Shown in pieces: positions 47,500 to 57,773 of a DNA stretch of 64,000 nucleotides (position 1 is its first letter; every line of letters starts with the position of its first letter). The DNA lies in NCBI GenBank assembly GCA_030681595.1, contig JAUXSB010000008.1:25587-89586 (forward strand), written 5' to 3'. Both the position numbers and the translations under genes were made by a program. The notes beneath the pieces were generated by a model. That model worked only from the letters and a program-made list of their open reading frames with translations, did no database searches and was not told the DNA's origin. This DNA comes from Candidatus Omnitrophota bacterium (GTDB taxonomy: Bacteria; Omnitrophota; Gorgyraeia; Ghiorseimicrobiales; Ghiorseimicrobiaceae).

Positions 47500-47554
47500 C
47501 CCCGATAGATAAGCACTGCGCAGATTTCAAATAAATCTGCTTGTATCTATCGGG
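47500..47554. terminator. long two-tier hairpin (cccgatagat...atctatcggg with inner gcagattt/aaatctgc) between ispE and spoVG
   Basis: Seen directly; a 10-bp stem plus an 8-bp stem. Confidence 0.4.
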
Positions 47555-47622
47555 ATCAATTCCGGCATATAATTTACGTCAACACCGTTTCCGTAAATTA
47601 TGCCGTCATTGAGGAGGCGTAT

Positions 47623-48030
47623 ATGGAGATAACTGAGGTAAGGGTTTTCTTAAAAGATGACGAGGATAAAAAGCTAAAGGCATATGTTACCGTTACGTTT
47701 GACAATGCCTTCGTAGTGAGGAATATTAAAGTGATTGAGGGCTCCAGCGGTTTATTTATCGCCATGCCTTCAAGAAGGATTAAACAGCCTTGTTCTAAGT
47801 GTAATTTTAAGAATGAACTGCGCAGTAAATTCTGCAATCAATGCGGCGGGCAGTTATCGGTAAATACCCAGCCCGTTTCTTCAGAGGATAATAGGCAGGC
47901 AGAGCATAAAGATATCGCCCATCCCATTACCCAAGGTTTCCGGGAGCAGCTTCAAAAGAAAATATTGGATGCATACCAAAAAGAAAAAGCAGGTTCGGGT
48001 ACAGGTTCAAGCTTGCATAACTTAGGTTAG
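47623..48030 (+). CDS. spoVG: SpoVG family protein with C-terminal zinc-ribbon extension
   Basis: N-terminus 'MEITEVRVFLKDDEDKKLKAYVTVTFDNAFVVRNIKVIEG' is classic SpoVG. The extra ~40 aa carry 'CSKCNFKN...CNQCGG'. Confidence 0.8.
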   Translation: MEITEVRVFLKDDEDKKLKAYVTVTFDNAFVVRNIKVIEGSSGLFIAMPSRRIKQPCSKCNFKNELRSKFCNQCGGQLSVNTQPVSSEDNRQAEHKDIAHPITQGFREQLQKKILDAYQKEKAGSGTGSSLHNLG

Positions 48031-48155
48031 GGCCGATATATTTTGGCTATATATTGACTCTAAAGAGTGTTTTTTGTTTTTAGGGAAGCCGGCAGATTGA
48101 TAGGACTAGCATTAAGTTATCAAATTATCAAGCCATGGTTTCTTAAGTATATTAT

Positions 48156-48226
48156 TGGGATGTCGTCCAATGGTAGGACACGAGAATTTGGGTCTTGGTA
48201 TCATGGTTCGAATCCATGCGTCCCAG
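48156..48226 (+). tRNA. tRNA-Gln (anticodon TTG)
   Basis: U1:A72 acceptor TGGGATG/CGTCCCA, D-arm gtccaatggtaggac, anticodon loop ATTTGGG, T-arm catggttcgaatccatg. Confidence 0.7.
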
Positions 48227-48278
48227 TTGAATTCGCTAGAATTTTTCGATTGAGACAAATTTACTTGAGGCATAACAT

Positions 48279-49547
48279 ATGCATAATGGATTAACGGCGA
48301 TAATACTGGCAGCAGGAAAAAGCACTCGGATGAATTCTGCCAAGCCTAAAGTTCTGCATGAACTTTGCGGCAAGCCCCTGATTTCCTATGTATTAGATTT
48401 ATGCCTCTCGCTTAAAGTTCATCACATCATCGTTGTTACGGGTTGGGGGAAAGAAAAGATATTAGATTATATCCAAACAAATTACCGGGGCAAAAATATT
48501 GATGTTGTCATACAAGAAAAAATGTTGGGTACGGCTGATGCAATTTTAAGCGCAAGACCTAAAATAAAAAAAGAAGATACGGACTTATTAATCCTTTATG
48601 GCGACCAGCCGTTATTCGGTCTGGGCGCGGCAAGAAAGCTGGTGAACGAATATTTTAAAAAGAATGCCGCTTGCGTATTGTTTACCGCGGACTTGGAGAA
48701 TCCTCGCGGGTACGGTAGGATTATCCGCGGCAGTAAAGGAGAAATCTTAGGTATCCGCGAAGATAAAAATTTAAACAGGGCTCAGGAAAGTATAAAAGAA
48801 GTTAATGCCGGAAGCTGTATTTTTAAAAAAGAAAAATTATTCGGTGTGATAAACAGGATTAAATCAGGCAATAAGAAACATGAATATTATCTTACCGATG
48901 CGGTAAAATTACTTCGTCATGAAGGAGAAAACGTATTTTCCGTAAAATCAAAAAATGAGCTAGAGGTTTTAGGTGTAAATTCGCGCTTTGATTTGATACA
49001 GATGGAAAGAATCCTACGGAAGAGGTTAATTGAAAAATTTATTGCGCAAGGAGTAACAGTTAAAAGCCCCGAGACAACTTTTATTAATCATGGAGCAAAA
49101 ATCGGCCGTGATACAGTGATTAACCCTTTTGTATACATTGATTCTAACGTTAAAATCGGTAAGAATTGCACAATCGGCCCGTTTTCACATATCCGCGGCG
49201 AAAGCGAGATTAAAGATAATGTAATCGTGGGCAGTTTTGGCGAATTAAACCGTACCTCGGTTGGTAGCAACAGCCGCATTAAGCATTTTTCTTATTTAGG
49301 CGATGCCGAAATAGGCAGAAATGTGAATATTGGGGCTGGGACTGTTACCGCAAATTATGATGGTAAATCCAAACATAAAACCTGTATAAAAGACGGGGCG
49401 TTTATCGGCTCAGATACGGTGTTGGTTGCCCCTTTAATAGTGGGAAAACATGCCATAACAGGCGCCGGATGCGTGGTGCCTAAATGTAAAAATGTACCGG
49501 ATGGCGCAGTGGTTGCCGGGGTGCCGGCACGGCCGCTTAGGAAGTAA
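48279..49547 (+). CDS. glmU: bifunctional GlmU-like nucleotidyltransferase/acetyltransferase
   Basis: N-terminus 'ILAAGKSTRM' and C-terminal left-handed beta-helix hexapeptide repeats. Confidence 0.8.
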   Translation: MHNGLTAIILAAGKSTRMNSAKPKVLHELCGKPLISYVLDLCLSLKVHHIIVVTGWGKEKILDYIQTNYRGKNIDVVIQEKMLGTADAILSARPKIKKEDTDLLILYGDQPLFGLGAARKLVNEYFKKNAACVLFTADLENPRGYGRIIRGSKGEILGIREDKNLNRAQESIKEVNAGSCIFKKEKLFGVINRIKSGNKKHEYYLTDAVKLLRHEGENVFSVKSKNELEVLGVNSRFDLIQMERILRKRLIEKFIAQGVTVKSPETTFINHGAKIGRDTVINPFVYIDSNVKIGKNCTIGPFSHIRGESEIKDNVIVGSFGELNRTSVGSNSRIKHFSYLGDAEIGRNVNIGAGTVTANYDGKSKHKTCIKDGAFIGSDTVLVAPLIVGKHAITGAGCVVPKCKNVPDGAVVAGVPARPLRK

Positions 49548-49564
49548 TCATAATTTAGCAAGAT

Positions 49565-49608
49565 AATAAAATTCTTCTGGCCTGTGCCCGGCAGGGTATT
49601 ACTGTAAT
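49565..49608. repeat. short repeat family B, copy 2 (inverted orientation)
   Basis: The reverse complement gaaaccagattacagtaataccctgccgggcacaggccagaa matches 43481-43522. Confidence 0.5.
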
Positions 49609-49646
49609 CTGGTTTCTCCCGAACGACTGAAAGGAGTAAGGGTAAG

Positions 49647-50591
49647 ATGGATAAACTGATGATTGTGAGCGGAAATGCCAACCCGCAACTTGCCAAAGAT
49701 ATCTGCGTAGAATTGAAGATAAAACTCGGAGAGGTTTTGGTCGGGCGTTTCAGTGAGGGTGAAATTAGGATTAAGGTAAGTGATAATGTGCGCGGTAAAG
49801 ATGTATTTGTGATACAGCCGACGTGCCCGCCGGTTAATGAAAACTTAATGGAGTTGCTTATTCTTATTGATGCTTTAAAGCGTGCGTCAGCACATCGGAT
49901 TACCGCAGTTATTCCTTATTATGGCTATGCCCGCCAGGACAGAAAAGACCAGCCGCGCGTTCCTATCACAGCGAAATTAGTAGCAAATCTTTTGACTATT
50001 GCCGGTGCGGATAGAATTTTGACCATGGATTTGCATGCAGGCCAAATTCAAGGGTTTTTTGATATTCCTTTGGATCATTTATTTGCGATTAATGTTTTTG
50101 TCGACTATATCTCAAAGTTAAAGCTAGATAATTTAGTAGTGGTTTCTCCGGATGTCGGCGGGATTAAGACGGCCAGGGCTTATGCCAAGCGGCTGTCCGC
50201 AGGTCTGGCTATAGTTGATAAGCGCCGTATTTCTCCGGAAAAATCCGAAGTAATGCATATACTCGGCGAGGTGAACGGCAGGGATGCCTTAATTGTTGAT
50301 GATTTGACGGCTACAGGTAGCTCTCTTATTGAAGCTGCCGCTGTAATCAAAAAAGCCGGGGCAAAGAATATTTATGCCGCGGTTACCCACGGAATATTAT
50401 CAGGTAATGCAATAGAGAATGTTCAAAATTCGGAGATAAAAAAACTTTTAATTACAGATACAATTCCTTTGGATGGTTCTAAGAAAGCTTCAAGGATATC
50501 CGTACTTTCGGTTGCTTCTTTATTGGCTGATGCAATAAAGCGTATTCACAATGAAGAATCAGTGAGTTCGTTGTTTGATATGCTTGCCTAA
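49647..50591 (+). CDS. prs: ribose-phosphate pyrophosphokinase
   Basis: PRPP synthetase motifs 'DLHAGQIQGFF' and 'VDDLTATGSS'. Confidence 0.9.
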   Translation: MDKLMIVSGNANPQLAKDICVELKIKLGEVLVGRFSEGEIRIKVSDNVRGKDVFVIQPTCPPVNENLMELLILIDALKRASAHRITAVIPYYGYARQDRKDQPRVPITAKLVANLLTIAGADRILTMDLHAGQIQGFFDIPLDHLFAINVFVDYISKLKLDNLVVVSPDVGGIKTARAYAKRLSAGLAIVDKRRISPEKSEVMHILGEVNGRDALIVDDLTATGSSLIEAAAVIKKAGAKNIYAAVTHGILSGNAIENVQNSEIKKLLITDTIPLDGSKKASRISVLSVASLLADAIKRIHNEESVSSLFDMLA

Positions 50592-50636
50592 AGCGTAAAA
50601 ATTAACTCACATTTATGATAAGGGGGAAAAGTTAAA

Positions 50637-51353
50637 ATGAAAGAAGTCGTTTTAAACGTTGATCTAAGAGAAGACACAGGTACGGGAAAGTCAAGGTCAT
50701 TAAGAAAAGCGGGTTTTATTCCTTGTGTAGTTTACGGTGGGAAGAAGTCCCGGGCGCTTAAAATTACGCGTTCCGAGTTGCTAAAGTTCCTTCGTGAGCA
50801 CAAAGGCGAAAATGTGATTATAGATTTAAAAATATCCGGGGACAGCAAGGCGGAAAAAGAAAATACCGTCATGATTAAAGAGATGCAGCAGGACCCGGTA
50901 AGCGAAGAGGTAATCCATATTGATTTTAACCGTATATCGCTTACCAAAACTATTTCGGTAAAAGTTCCTGTCAGTGCAAAGGGCGAAGCGGTGGGCGTAA
51001 AGTCGGATGGCGGCATATTGGAACATGTTTTATGGGAAATAGAAATAGAGTGTTTGCCTAAAGATCTGCCAAAATCTATCGAAGTGGATGTGGCAAATAT
51101 GAAGATAGGCGATGCCATACATGTAAAAGATATAAAGCTTCCTGAAAAAATTAAAGTAAAACATGATCCCGATACAATAGTTTTATCTGTGGCCCCTCCG
51201 TCAAAGGAGGAAGCTGCGGCTCCCGAAGCAGCTTTAGGCGCTACTGCCGCGGCAGAGCCGGAGGTTATTAAAGAAAAGAAGAAAGAAGAGGCCGAAGATA
51301 AAGAGGCTAAGCCAAAGGCTCAAGGTTCACCCGGCAAGGAAGAAAAGGCCTAA
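50637..51353 (+). CDS. rplY: 50S ribosomal protein L25/general stress protein Ctc with Ala/Glu/Lys-rich C-terminal tail
   Basis: bL25 N-terminal and central domains. Position matches ctc in the Bacillus prs-ctc-pth order. Confidence 0.85.
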   Translation: MKEVVLNVDLREDTGTGKSRSLRKAGFIPCVVYGGKKSRALKITRSELLKFLREHKGENVIIDLKISGDSKAEKENTVMIKEMQQDPVSEEVIHIDFNRISLTKTISVKVPVSAKGEAVGVKSDGGILEHVLWEIEIECLPKDLPKSIEVDVANMKIGDAIHVKDIKLPEKIKVKHDPDTIVLSVAPPSKEEAAAPEAALGATAAAEPEVIKEKKKEEAEDKEAKPKAQGSPGKEEKA

Positions 51354-51414
51354 CGGTAATACCGCGCCTTTGCCAAGGCAGAGAAGAAAAGTAGGTTGAT
51401 ATATGCGGGGCTTA

Positions 51415-51455
51415 CCCCGTTAGAGATAGCCCCGAAACCTCGGGGCGTCTATAGC
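51415..51455. repeat. MITE-like element, family A, truncated copy 3 (ccccgttagagatagccccgaaacctcggggcgtctata)
   Basis: It shares the left terminus and the ccccgaaRcYtcgggg hairpin with copy 1. Confidence 0.45.
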
Positions 51456-51478
51456 AGCAATGTCTTAAATAATAGTTT

Positions 51479-52111
51479 ATGTTTCTTAAGGGTAGTTCAG
51501 GTAAAATAAAGACAAGAGAAGTTATCTCGAGCGCGGTGAAGCTGATTGTGGGTTTGGGCAACCCAGGCGGCAAATATAAAAATAGCCGGCATAATTTTGG
51601 GTTTAAGGTAGTTGAGGCTTTAGCCGAAGAATTAAAATGTTCTTTTAAAAAAAGACTGTCTTTAGAGAGTTTTATGGCCGAGGCTGATATCGGCGGCATA
51701 AGCGTGTTACTGGCGCTGCCATTTACATTTATGAATTTATCGGGCAGGGCGGTAGAGGCGATAATAACAAGGCGAAAAATAGCTATTTTTGATTTGATTG
51801 TTGTTTGTGATGATGTTAATCTTGAATTTAGTGTAATCAGGTTAAGGCCTAAGGGTTCAAGCGGCGGCCATAACGGCCTTGCAAATATAATTGATAGGCT
51901 GGGGTCTTCTGAATTTGCGCGTTTGCGTATGGGCATAAGAGGTGGTTCTTTAGGGGAGCTTGATTTAAGCGGTTATGTTTTATCTGATTTTAACAAAAAG
52001 GAAAAAATACTGCTTGAAGACATAATAGGTGAAGCAGTAGGTTGTTTAAAAATGTGGGTTGAGGAAGGCATAACAGGGGCAATGAACAAATTTAGCCAAA
52101 GGAGTGACTAG
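51479..52111 (+). CDS. pth: peptidyl-tRNA hydrolase
   Basis: 'LIVGLGNPG' and 'RHNFGF'. The true start may be the GTG at 51536 (VKLIVGLGNPG). Confidence 0.85.
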   Translation: MFLKGSSGKIKTREVISSAVKLIVGLGNPGGKYKNSRHNFGFKVVEALAEELKCSFKKRLSLESFMAEADIGGISVLLALPFTFMNLSGRAVEAIITRRKIAIFDLIVVCDDVNLEFSVIRLRPKGSSGGHNGLANIIDRLGSSEFARLRMGIRGGSLGELDLSGYVLSDFNKKEKILLEDIIGEAVGCLKMWVEEGITGAMNKFSQRSD

Positions 52112-52405
52112 ATGAGAAAGTATGAAGCAATGTTTATTTTGAAGCCGGATTTAAAAGAAGATGAAATAAGCTCAATAGCAAAGCATATTACTGAGCCTAT
52201 AGTGAAAAACCAGGGAACAATAAGCATAAACGAAGTCTGGTCGCCTAAGCGCAGGCTCTGTTTTCCCATCAAGAAATACAAAGATGGTATTTACTACCGT
52301 GTAAATTTTTCTATTGAGCCTAAAGCGATAGAGATCTTAAGGCAGAATTACCATTTAAATGAGAATATTTTAAGGCTTTTGATTTCAAGCTTGGAGAGTA
52401 ATTAA
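52112..52405 (+). CDS. rpsF: 30S ribosomal protein S6
   Basis: N-terminus 'MRKYEAMFILKPDL'. Confidence 0.85.
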   Translation: MRKYEAMFILKPDLKEDEISSIAKHITEPIVKNQGTISINEVWSPKRRLCFPIKKYKDGIYYRVNFSIEPKAIEILRQNYHLNENILRLLISSLESN

Positions 52406-52419
52406 AAGGAGAGGCAGCC

Positions 52420-52905
52420 ATGGCTAATTTAAACAAGGTATTGATTATCGGTAATTTAACCAAGGATCCGGAGCTGCGCTATACACCTGGCGGCATGGCC
52501 GTGGTTAACTTAAGAGTTGCTACCAACAGGCGCTTCAAGGATAAAAATGGGGAACAAAAAGAAGAGGTTTGTTTTATTACGGCAGTTGTTTGGGATAAGC
52601 AGGCAGAGGCGTGCAATCAGTATTTAAGGAAGGGAAATCCTCTGTTTATTGAGGGTAGGCTGCAGTCGCGTTCTTGGGATGCCCAGGATGGTTCAAAGCG
52701 CAATGTTATTGAAATTAGGGCTGAACGGGTACAGTTTTTAAATGTTCAAAAACAACAGGGCAAGGCATCTGATGAAACCGATAAGCCGGAGGGCGATGGT
52801 TTGACCTCCGATAGCCAAAGCCATGATTTTTCAGAAGAAGCAAAAGAACCTGAAGGGAATACGGGCGATAGCGCTACAACCGCGCCTTGGCCCGGAAGCG
52901 AATAA
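52420..52905 (+). CDS. ssb: single-stranded DNA-binding protein
   Basis: OB-fold N-terminus 'NKVLIIGNLTKDPELRYT' and an acidic C-terminal tail. Confidence 0.9.
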   Translation: MANLNKVLIIGNLTKDPELRYTPGGMAVVNLRVATNRRFKDKNGEQKEEVCFITAVVWDKQAEACNQYLRKGNPLFIEGRLQSRSWDAQDGSKRNVIEIRAERVQFLNVQKQQGKASDETDKPEGDGLTSDSQSHDFSEEAKEPEGNTGDSATTAPWPGSE

Positions 52906-52956
52906 TTAATTTTTTGCGGGGGAGAATCCCCCTTGACGAAAGAGGAGGTAATAACC

Positions 52957-53226
52957 TTGAGACAGGAAGGATTTAGCAGGAAAACAATTAAGGAAAGAAA
53001 AGCAAAAGAACAATTAGGGGTAGTCAAGAAAAGATTTTGCCGTTTTTGCAGGGAAGGCGGAGTAAATTTTGATTACAAGGAAGTAAAACGGTTTGAGAAA
53101 TTTATGAGTGAAAGAGGTAAAATTTTATCCCGCCGTTTTACCGGTAATTGCGCCAAACATCAGAGAAAGATTGCCGCCTTGATAAAACGGGCAAGATTTT
53201 TAGCTCTCATGGTTTATACAAAGTAG
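52957..53226 (+). CDS. rpsR: 30S ribosomal protein S18 (probable TTG start after AGGAGG)
   Basis: 'CRFC' and 'DYKEVKRFEKFMSERGKILSRRFTGNCAKHQRK'. Confidence 0.8.
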   Translation: MRQEGFSRKTIKERKAKEQLGVVKKRFCRFCREGGVNFDYKEVKRFEKFMSERGKILSRRFTGNCAKHQRKIAALIKRARFLALMVYTK

Positions 53227-53321
53227 AAAAAGCAGCTTCTTATTAGTTAAAAGAACATTGATTTTTTGATTTAACTAGAAGCGCTTAAGAGTTCGGTTAA
53301 ATTTTAAGAGGTGGACAGAAA

Positions 53322-53768
53322 ATGAAAATAATACTACAGGAAGATTTAAGAGGGGTTGGTAAAAAAGGAGCGGCAGTCAAGGTAAAAGACGGTTTTGCCC
53401 GTAATTTTTTATTGCCTAACGGTTTAGCGCTCAAGGTAACCCCGGCTAATTTAGCATTCATTGAACGGAAGATAAAAACCGAGGCAGGGCGTTCTTACGA
53501 TGAAAAAAAGAAGGCAGAGGAACTTGCCGCGAGGTTTTTAAGTGTATCTTGTACTGTTTCCGTGGATACGCACGATGATGATAAATTATACGGCAGTATT
53601 ACAGCTGCGCATATTGCCGGAGCGCTTGAAGCGGAGGGCATTATTTTAGATAAAAAACAAATCCTATTAGGCGAACCGCTGAAGGCATTGGGTATATATA
53701 ATATTGAAGTAAAGCTGCATCCGGAAGTTAAAGCAATGCTGAAGGTCTGGGTAGTTAAGGGGAAATAG
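53322..53768 (+). CDS. rplI: 50S ribosomal protein L9
   Basis: N-terminus 'MKIILQEDLRGVGKKG'. Confidence 0.9.
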   Translation: MKIILQEDLRGVGKKGAAVKVKDGFARNFLLPNGLALKVTPANLAFIERKIKTEAGRSYDEKKKAEELAARFLSVSCTVSVDTHDDDKLYGSITAAHIAGALEAEGIILDKKQILLGEPLKALGIYNIEVKLHPEVKAMLKVWVVKGK

Positions 53769-53774
53769 TTACTT

Positions 53775-55118
53775 ATGGCAAACGACTTAATTTTAGCTAA
53801 GGTTCCTCCGCAGAATATTGAAGCGGAAATGGCTGTTTTAGGGTCTATACTTTTAGAAGAAGAAGCCATTAATGAAGCCCTGGAGATTCTTGACGAGAGC
53901 CAATTTTATAAAGAGGCCCACCGTAAAATTTTTTCTTGTATAATTAATCTTTTCCATAGCAGTAAACCCGTTGATTTAATTACCTTGACAGATGAATTAA
54001 AGAGAATTAACGCTATTGACACTATCGGAGGAGTAAGTTATTTAACGACCTTGGTTAATGCGGTGCCTACCGCCGCCAATGTGCGTAACTATGCCCGCAT
54101 TGTCAGGGAAAAGGGTATGCTGAGAAACCTGATAAACAAGTCTACCCAGATTATCAGCGAAAGTTACGAGGCAGAGAGTAATGTAGATGAACTTCTGGAT
54201 AAGGCAGAGAAGGCGATTTTCGAAATTACGGATAAAAAAATAGAAGGCAGTGTTATTTCAATGAGGGATCTCGTAAGCGATGCGGTGGAGAGGATAGATA
54301 AGCTTTATCAAAACAAGTCGCAAGTTACGGGCCTTGCGTCTGGATTTACGGATTTTGACAGGAAAACCGCGGGGCTGCAGCCTTCGGATTTAATTATCGT
54401 TGCCGGCCGCCCATCAATGGGCAAGAGTGCATTCTCCCTTTGCATTGCTAACAATATCGGAGTGGTAGATAAAATTCCCATTGCTTTTTTTAGCTTGGAA
54501 ATGTCTAAAGAACAGTTGGTTCAGCGGCTTCTCTGTCTGCATGCCAGGGTTGACGCGCATAGCGTAAGGACCGGCTTTCTATCTGCTTCGGATTGGCCGA
54601 AGATTACTGCTGCCGCGGGGAAGCTTTCCGAATCAGCGATTTTCATAGATGATACGCCGGCGATTTCAGCTTTGGAATTGCGCGCTAAGGCACGCAGGTT
54701 AAAATCACAACATAATATCCAAATGATAGTAGTGGATTATTTACAGCTGATGCGCGGCGCAGGGAAGAGTCAGGAATCAAGGCAGCAAGAAATCTCCGAT
54801 ATATCCCGTTCGCTTAAGGCGCTTGCCCGTGAATTAAATGTCAGCGTTATCGCGATAAGCCAGCTTTCGCGCGCGGTTGAATCGCGCCAGGGCAATAGGC
54901 CGCAGCTTTCCGATTTAAGAGAATCCGGCGCAATAGAGCAGGATGCCGATGTGGTAGTTTTTTTGTTTCGCGAAGAATACTATAATCCTACAGAATCTAA
55001 TAAAGGCGTAGCAGAAATAATCATTGCCAAGCAGAGAAACGGCCCGGTTGGTTCGCTTAACCTCACGTTTTTAAAAGAATATACAAGATTTGAGGATAGC
55101 GCGCGTGCTTTTGAATAA
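53775..55118 (+). CDS. dnaB: replicative DNA helicase
   Basis: Walker A 'GRPSMGKSAF', Walker B 'IVVDYLQLM' and an N-terminal DnaB domain. Confidence 0.9.
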   Translation: MANDLILAKVPPQNIEAEMAVLGSILLEEEAINEALEILDESQFYKEAHRKIFSCIINLFHSSKPVDLITLTDELKRINAIDTIGGVSYLTTLVNAVPTAANVRNYARIVREKGMLRNLINKSTQIISESYEAESNVDELLDKAEKAIFEITDKKIEGSVISMRDLVSDAVERIDKLYQNKSQVTGLASGFTDFDRKTAGLQPSDLIIVAGRPSMGKSAFSLCIANNIGVVDKIPIAFFSLEMSKEQLVQRLLCLHARVDAHSVRTGFLSASDWPKITAAAGKLSESAIFIDDTPAISALELRAKARRLKSQHNIQMIVVDYLQLMRGAGKSQESRQQEISDISRSLKALARELNVSVIAISQLSRAVESRQGNRPQLSDLRESGAIEQDADVVVFLFREEYYNPTESNKGVAEIIIAKQRNGPVGSLNLTFLKEYTRFEDSARAFE

Positions 55119-55212
55119 AAACTTATTATTTAATTGACTATGGATGTTTAATTATCTATAATAGAAAAATATGGAAAAAAAATTAACTACCGGAAAATAT
55201 AATTACTGTTAT

Positions 55213-57690
55213 ATGGTAAATTATCGATTGAGGTATTTGATCTTTGGTTTCATTTTTAGTTTTGCCTTAGTTTCTTCCCTTTATGCTCAAGGTTCGCAAA
55301 CGGATGCGTCCTCTTCCAAGGGGTCTATCATTGAAGACGAGCTTAAGAAACAAGAGGAAGAGGCTTTGGGCCTGGATACAGGGGCTGTTTTATTGCAGGA
55401 AGCGGATTCCCGGGAAGCCTCCGGCAAAGAAGAAGAGAAAAAAGTGGTTCTCTTGGACATCAAAGGCAATAAAACAATTGCTACGAGCGTTATCCTTTCT
55501 AAAATAAAATTACGCGTCAGTCAGGATTATTCGGCAAATATCGTGCGTGATGATATAAAGAGGCTTTACGGCACCGGGTATTTTAGCGATATTAAAGTTA
55601 ATCTGGAAGACGCCGCCGGCGGTTTAAAAGTTGTTTTTGTTTTGAAAGAGAAGCCCTTGATTGAAAAAGTAAATTTTAAGGGTTTTAAGTCTCTAAGCCT
55701 TGAGAAAGTGCGCAGCGTAATTAATACTAAGCAGGGCCAGTACCTGGATTATTCTAAAATAAAGCAAGATATTAAAGAAATAAAAGCCTTGTATGAAAAA
55801 AAAGGATTTAGCAGTGTTTCTATAGAAGAAAACGTTAAATTGGATACAAACGAAGAAAAAGCGGAAGTAGAGTTTACGGCTGGCGAAGGCAGGCGGCTTA
55901 AGGTAAGAAAAATTACTATTCTGGGTTTAAGGAGCTACAAAGAAAAAAGGATACTAAAGCTAATAAAGACAAAAAAGAAAAAATTCTTTAGCGCCGGCTT
56001 GCTTAAAGAGGATGTATTAGAAGAGGATATGCAGAGGATACTTTCTTTTTATAAAAGTAACGGGTTTATAGATGTCAAGGTAGATAAAAACGTAGAACGC
56101 GGCACAGAATTAGGAAATATTTATATTGCTATTACTATTGATGAGGGGCGGCAGTATAAGCTGGGTACTATTCAAATTAAAGGCAATAAAGTTGCTTCCG
56201 TCAAGGATTTGGAAGGGGAAAATAAGCTGATGGCAGGAGATATTTATACTGAAGAAAGCGTGCGGGATAATGCCGCCGCAATCCAGTCATATTATTTTGA
56301 AAAAGGCTATATATTTGCCAGGATTGATATCGGCACATCTTTAAATTCTGATACCGGGGAAGTGGATATAGTTTATAATATTACGGAAAATGAGTTGGCT
56401 TATGTTAACCGCATTAATATCCGCGGCAATATAAAAACCAGGGATAAAATCATCCGGAGAGAATTAAGGATTAATCCCGGGGAGCAGCTTGATGGGGTAA
56501 AACTTAAGAGGAGCAGGGAAAGGCTTAATAATTTAGGTTTTTTTGAAGAGGGCAGCGTTAATTTTGATATAGCAGATACTTCCGAACCGGATAAAAAAGA
56601 TTTAATCGTAGAAGTAAAAGAGGCGAAAACAGGCGAATTCAGTTTTGGCGGAGGGTATAGTTCCGTAGATCAATTTATCGGCTTTGTAGAGATTGCCCAG
56701 AGAAATTTTGATTTTAAAAATTTTAATACTTTTACCGGAGCGGGGCAGGATTTAAGGCTGAAAACACAGTTAGGTTCCGTAAGCAGCAGTTTTGAATTAA
56801 GTTTTACCGAGCCATGGATTTTTGACTATCCGTTGTCTTTCGGGTTTGATGCTTACAACACAGGGCATAAGCGTGAAAGTAGCACAGGCTACGGTTACGA
56901 TGAAACCAGGACAGGCGGGGATTTAAGGCTTTCAAAAGAATTGAGCGAATTTTTGAAGGGGGGGTTGGTTTATAGGATTGAGAGCGTAGAGATAGGCGAT
57001 GTAGCATCAGACTCTACCAATGATTTGAAGCAGGAAGAGGGTGTTAATTTAATCAGCAGCTTAGGCATGAATTTAACTAGGGATAGCCGTGATAATATTT
57101 TTAGCCCCACTAAGGGTACAGTTTTAAGCGGTTCAGTTGAGTTGGCCGGAGGCCCTTTTGCCGGAGATAAAGATTTTTACAGGCTGGCCGGTTCTTTTAT
57201 ATATGACCACCCTCTTTTTAAAGTTGGCAAGGTAAAGAGAGGCGAAGATGCCAGGTATTCCGTCTTAGAGCTCAGAGCGCGCGTAGGAATTGTCGATGAA
57301 TTCAGCGATTCAGACAGCGTGCCGATATATGAAAGATTTTATTTGGGTGGGTCAAATTCCGTAAGGGGTTATAACGAGAGGAAAATAGGCCCGATAGATG
57401 CGGCTACTGAGGATCCCTTAGGTGGAGAGGCAATGATTTTAGGTAACATAGAATACACTTATCCTTTGCTTGATTTCATTAAGGGCGCGGCTTTTTACGA
57501 TATAGGTAATGTCTGGGTAAAATCCAACGATTTGGGGGGAAGTGGTTTTAAGGCAGGTGTTGGGTTAGGCTTAAGGATTCGTACGCCACTGGGCCCGGTA
57601 AAATTAGATTACGGTATTCCTTTAAATGAAGAACCCGGAGAAGACAGCAAAACCGGAAAGTTCCATTTTAGTATTAGCAGAGGCTTCTAG
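55213..57690 (+). CDS. bamA: outer membrane protein assembly factor BamA (POTRA repeats + Omp85 barrel)
   Basis: Signal peptide, repeated POTRA-like blocks and a C-terminal barrel ending '...SISRGF'. Confidence 0.85.
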   Translation: MVNYRLRYLIFGFIFSFALVSSLYAQGSQTDASSSKGSIIEDELKKQEEEALGLDTGAVLLQEADSREASGKEEEKKVVLLDIKGNKTIATSVILSKIKLRVSQDYSANIVRDDIKRLYGTGYFSDIKVNLEDAAGGLKVVFVLKEKPLIEKVNFKGFKSLSLEKVRSVINTKQGQYLDYSKIKQDIKEIKALYEKKGFSSVSIEENVKLDTNEEKAEVEFTAGEGRRLKVRKITILGLRSYKEKRILKLIKTKKKKFFSAGLLKEDVLEEDMQRILSFYKSNGFIDVKVDKNVERGTELGNIYIAITIDEGRQYKLGTIQIKGNKVASVKDLEGENKLMAGDIYTEESVRDNAAAIQSYYFEKGYIFARIDIGTSLNSDTGEVDIVYNITENELAYVNRINIRGNIKTRDKIIRRELRINPGEQLDGVKLKRSRERLNNLGFFEEGSVNFDIADTSEPDKKDLIVEVKEAKTGEFSFGGGYSSVDQFIGFVEIAQRNFDFKNFNTFTGAGQDLRLKTQLGSVSSSFELSFTEPWIFDYPLSFGFDAYNTGHKRESSTGYGYDETRTGGDLRLSKELSEFLKGGLVYRIESVEIGDVASDSTNDLKQEEGVNLISSLGMNLTRDSRDNIFSPTKGTVLSGSVELAGGPFAGDKDFYRLAGSFIYDHPLFKVGKVKRGEDARYSVLELRARVGIVDEFSDSDSVPIYERFYLGGSNSVRGYNERKIGPIDAATEDPLGGEAMILGNIEYTYPLLDFIKGAAFYDIGNVWVKSNDLGGSGFKAGVGLGLRIRTPLGPVKLDYGIPLNEEPGEDSKTGKFHFSISRGF

Positions 57691-57773
57691 TTAAAAGTAT
57701 TCTTGGTGTTTGTGGCGCCAATTGGTCAGTTTGCCCTGTCGAAATTGGGGCTTATTAAAGGAGTATTAAAAAA

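Noticed and set aside
48067-48294. 75-aa track ORF
   Set aside because: It overlaps tRNA-Gln and runs into the glmU start; it is spurious.
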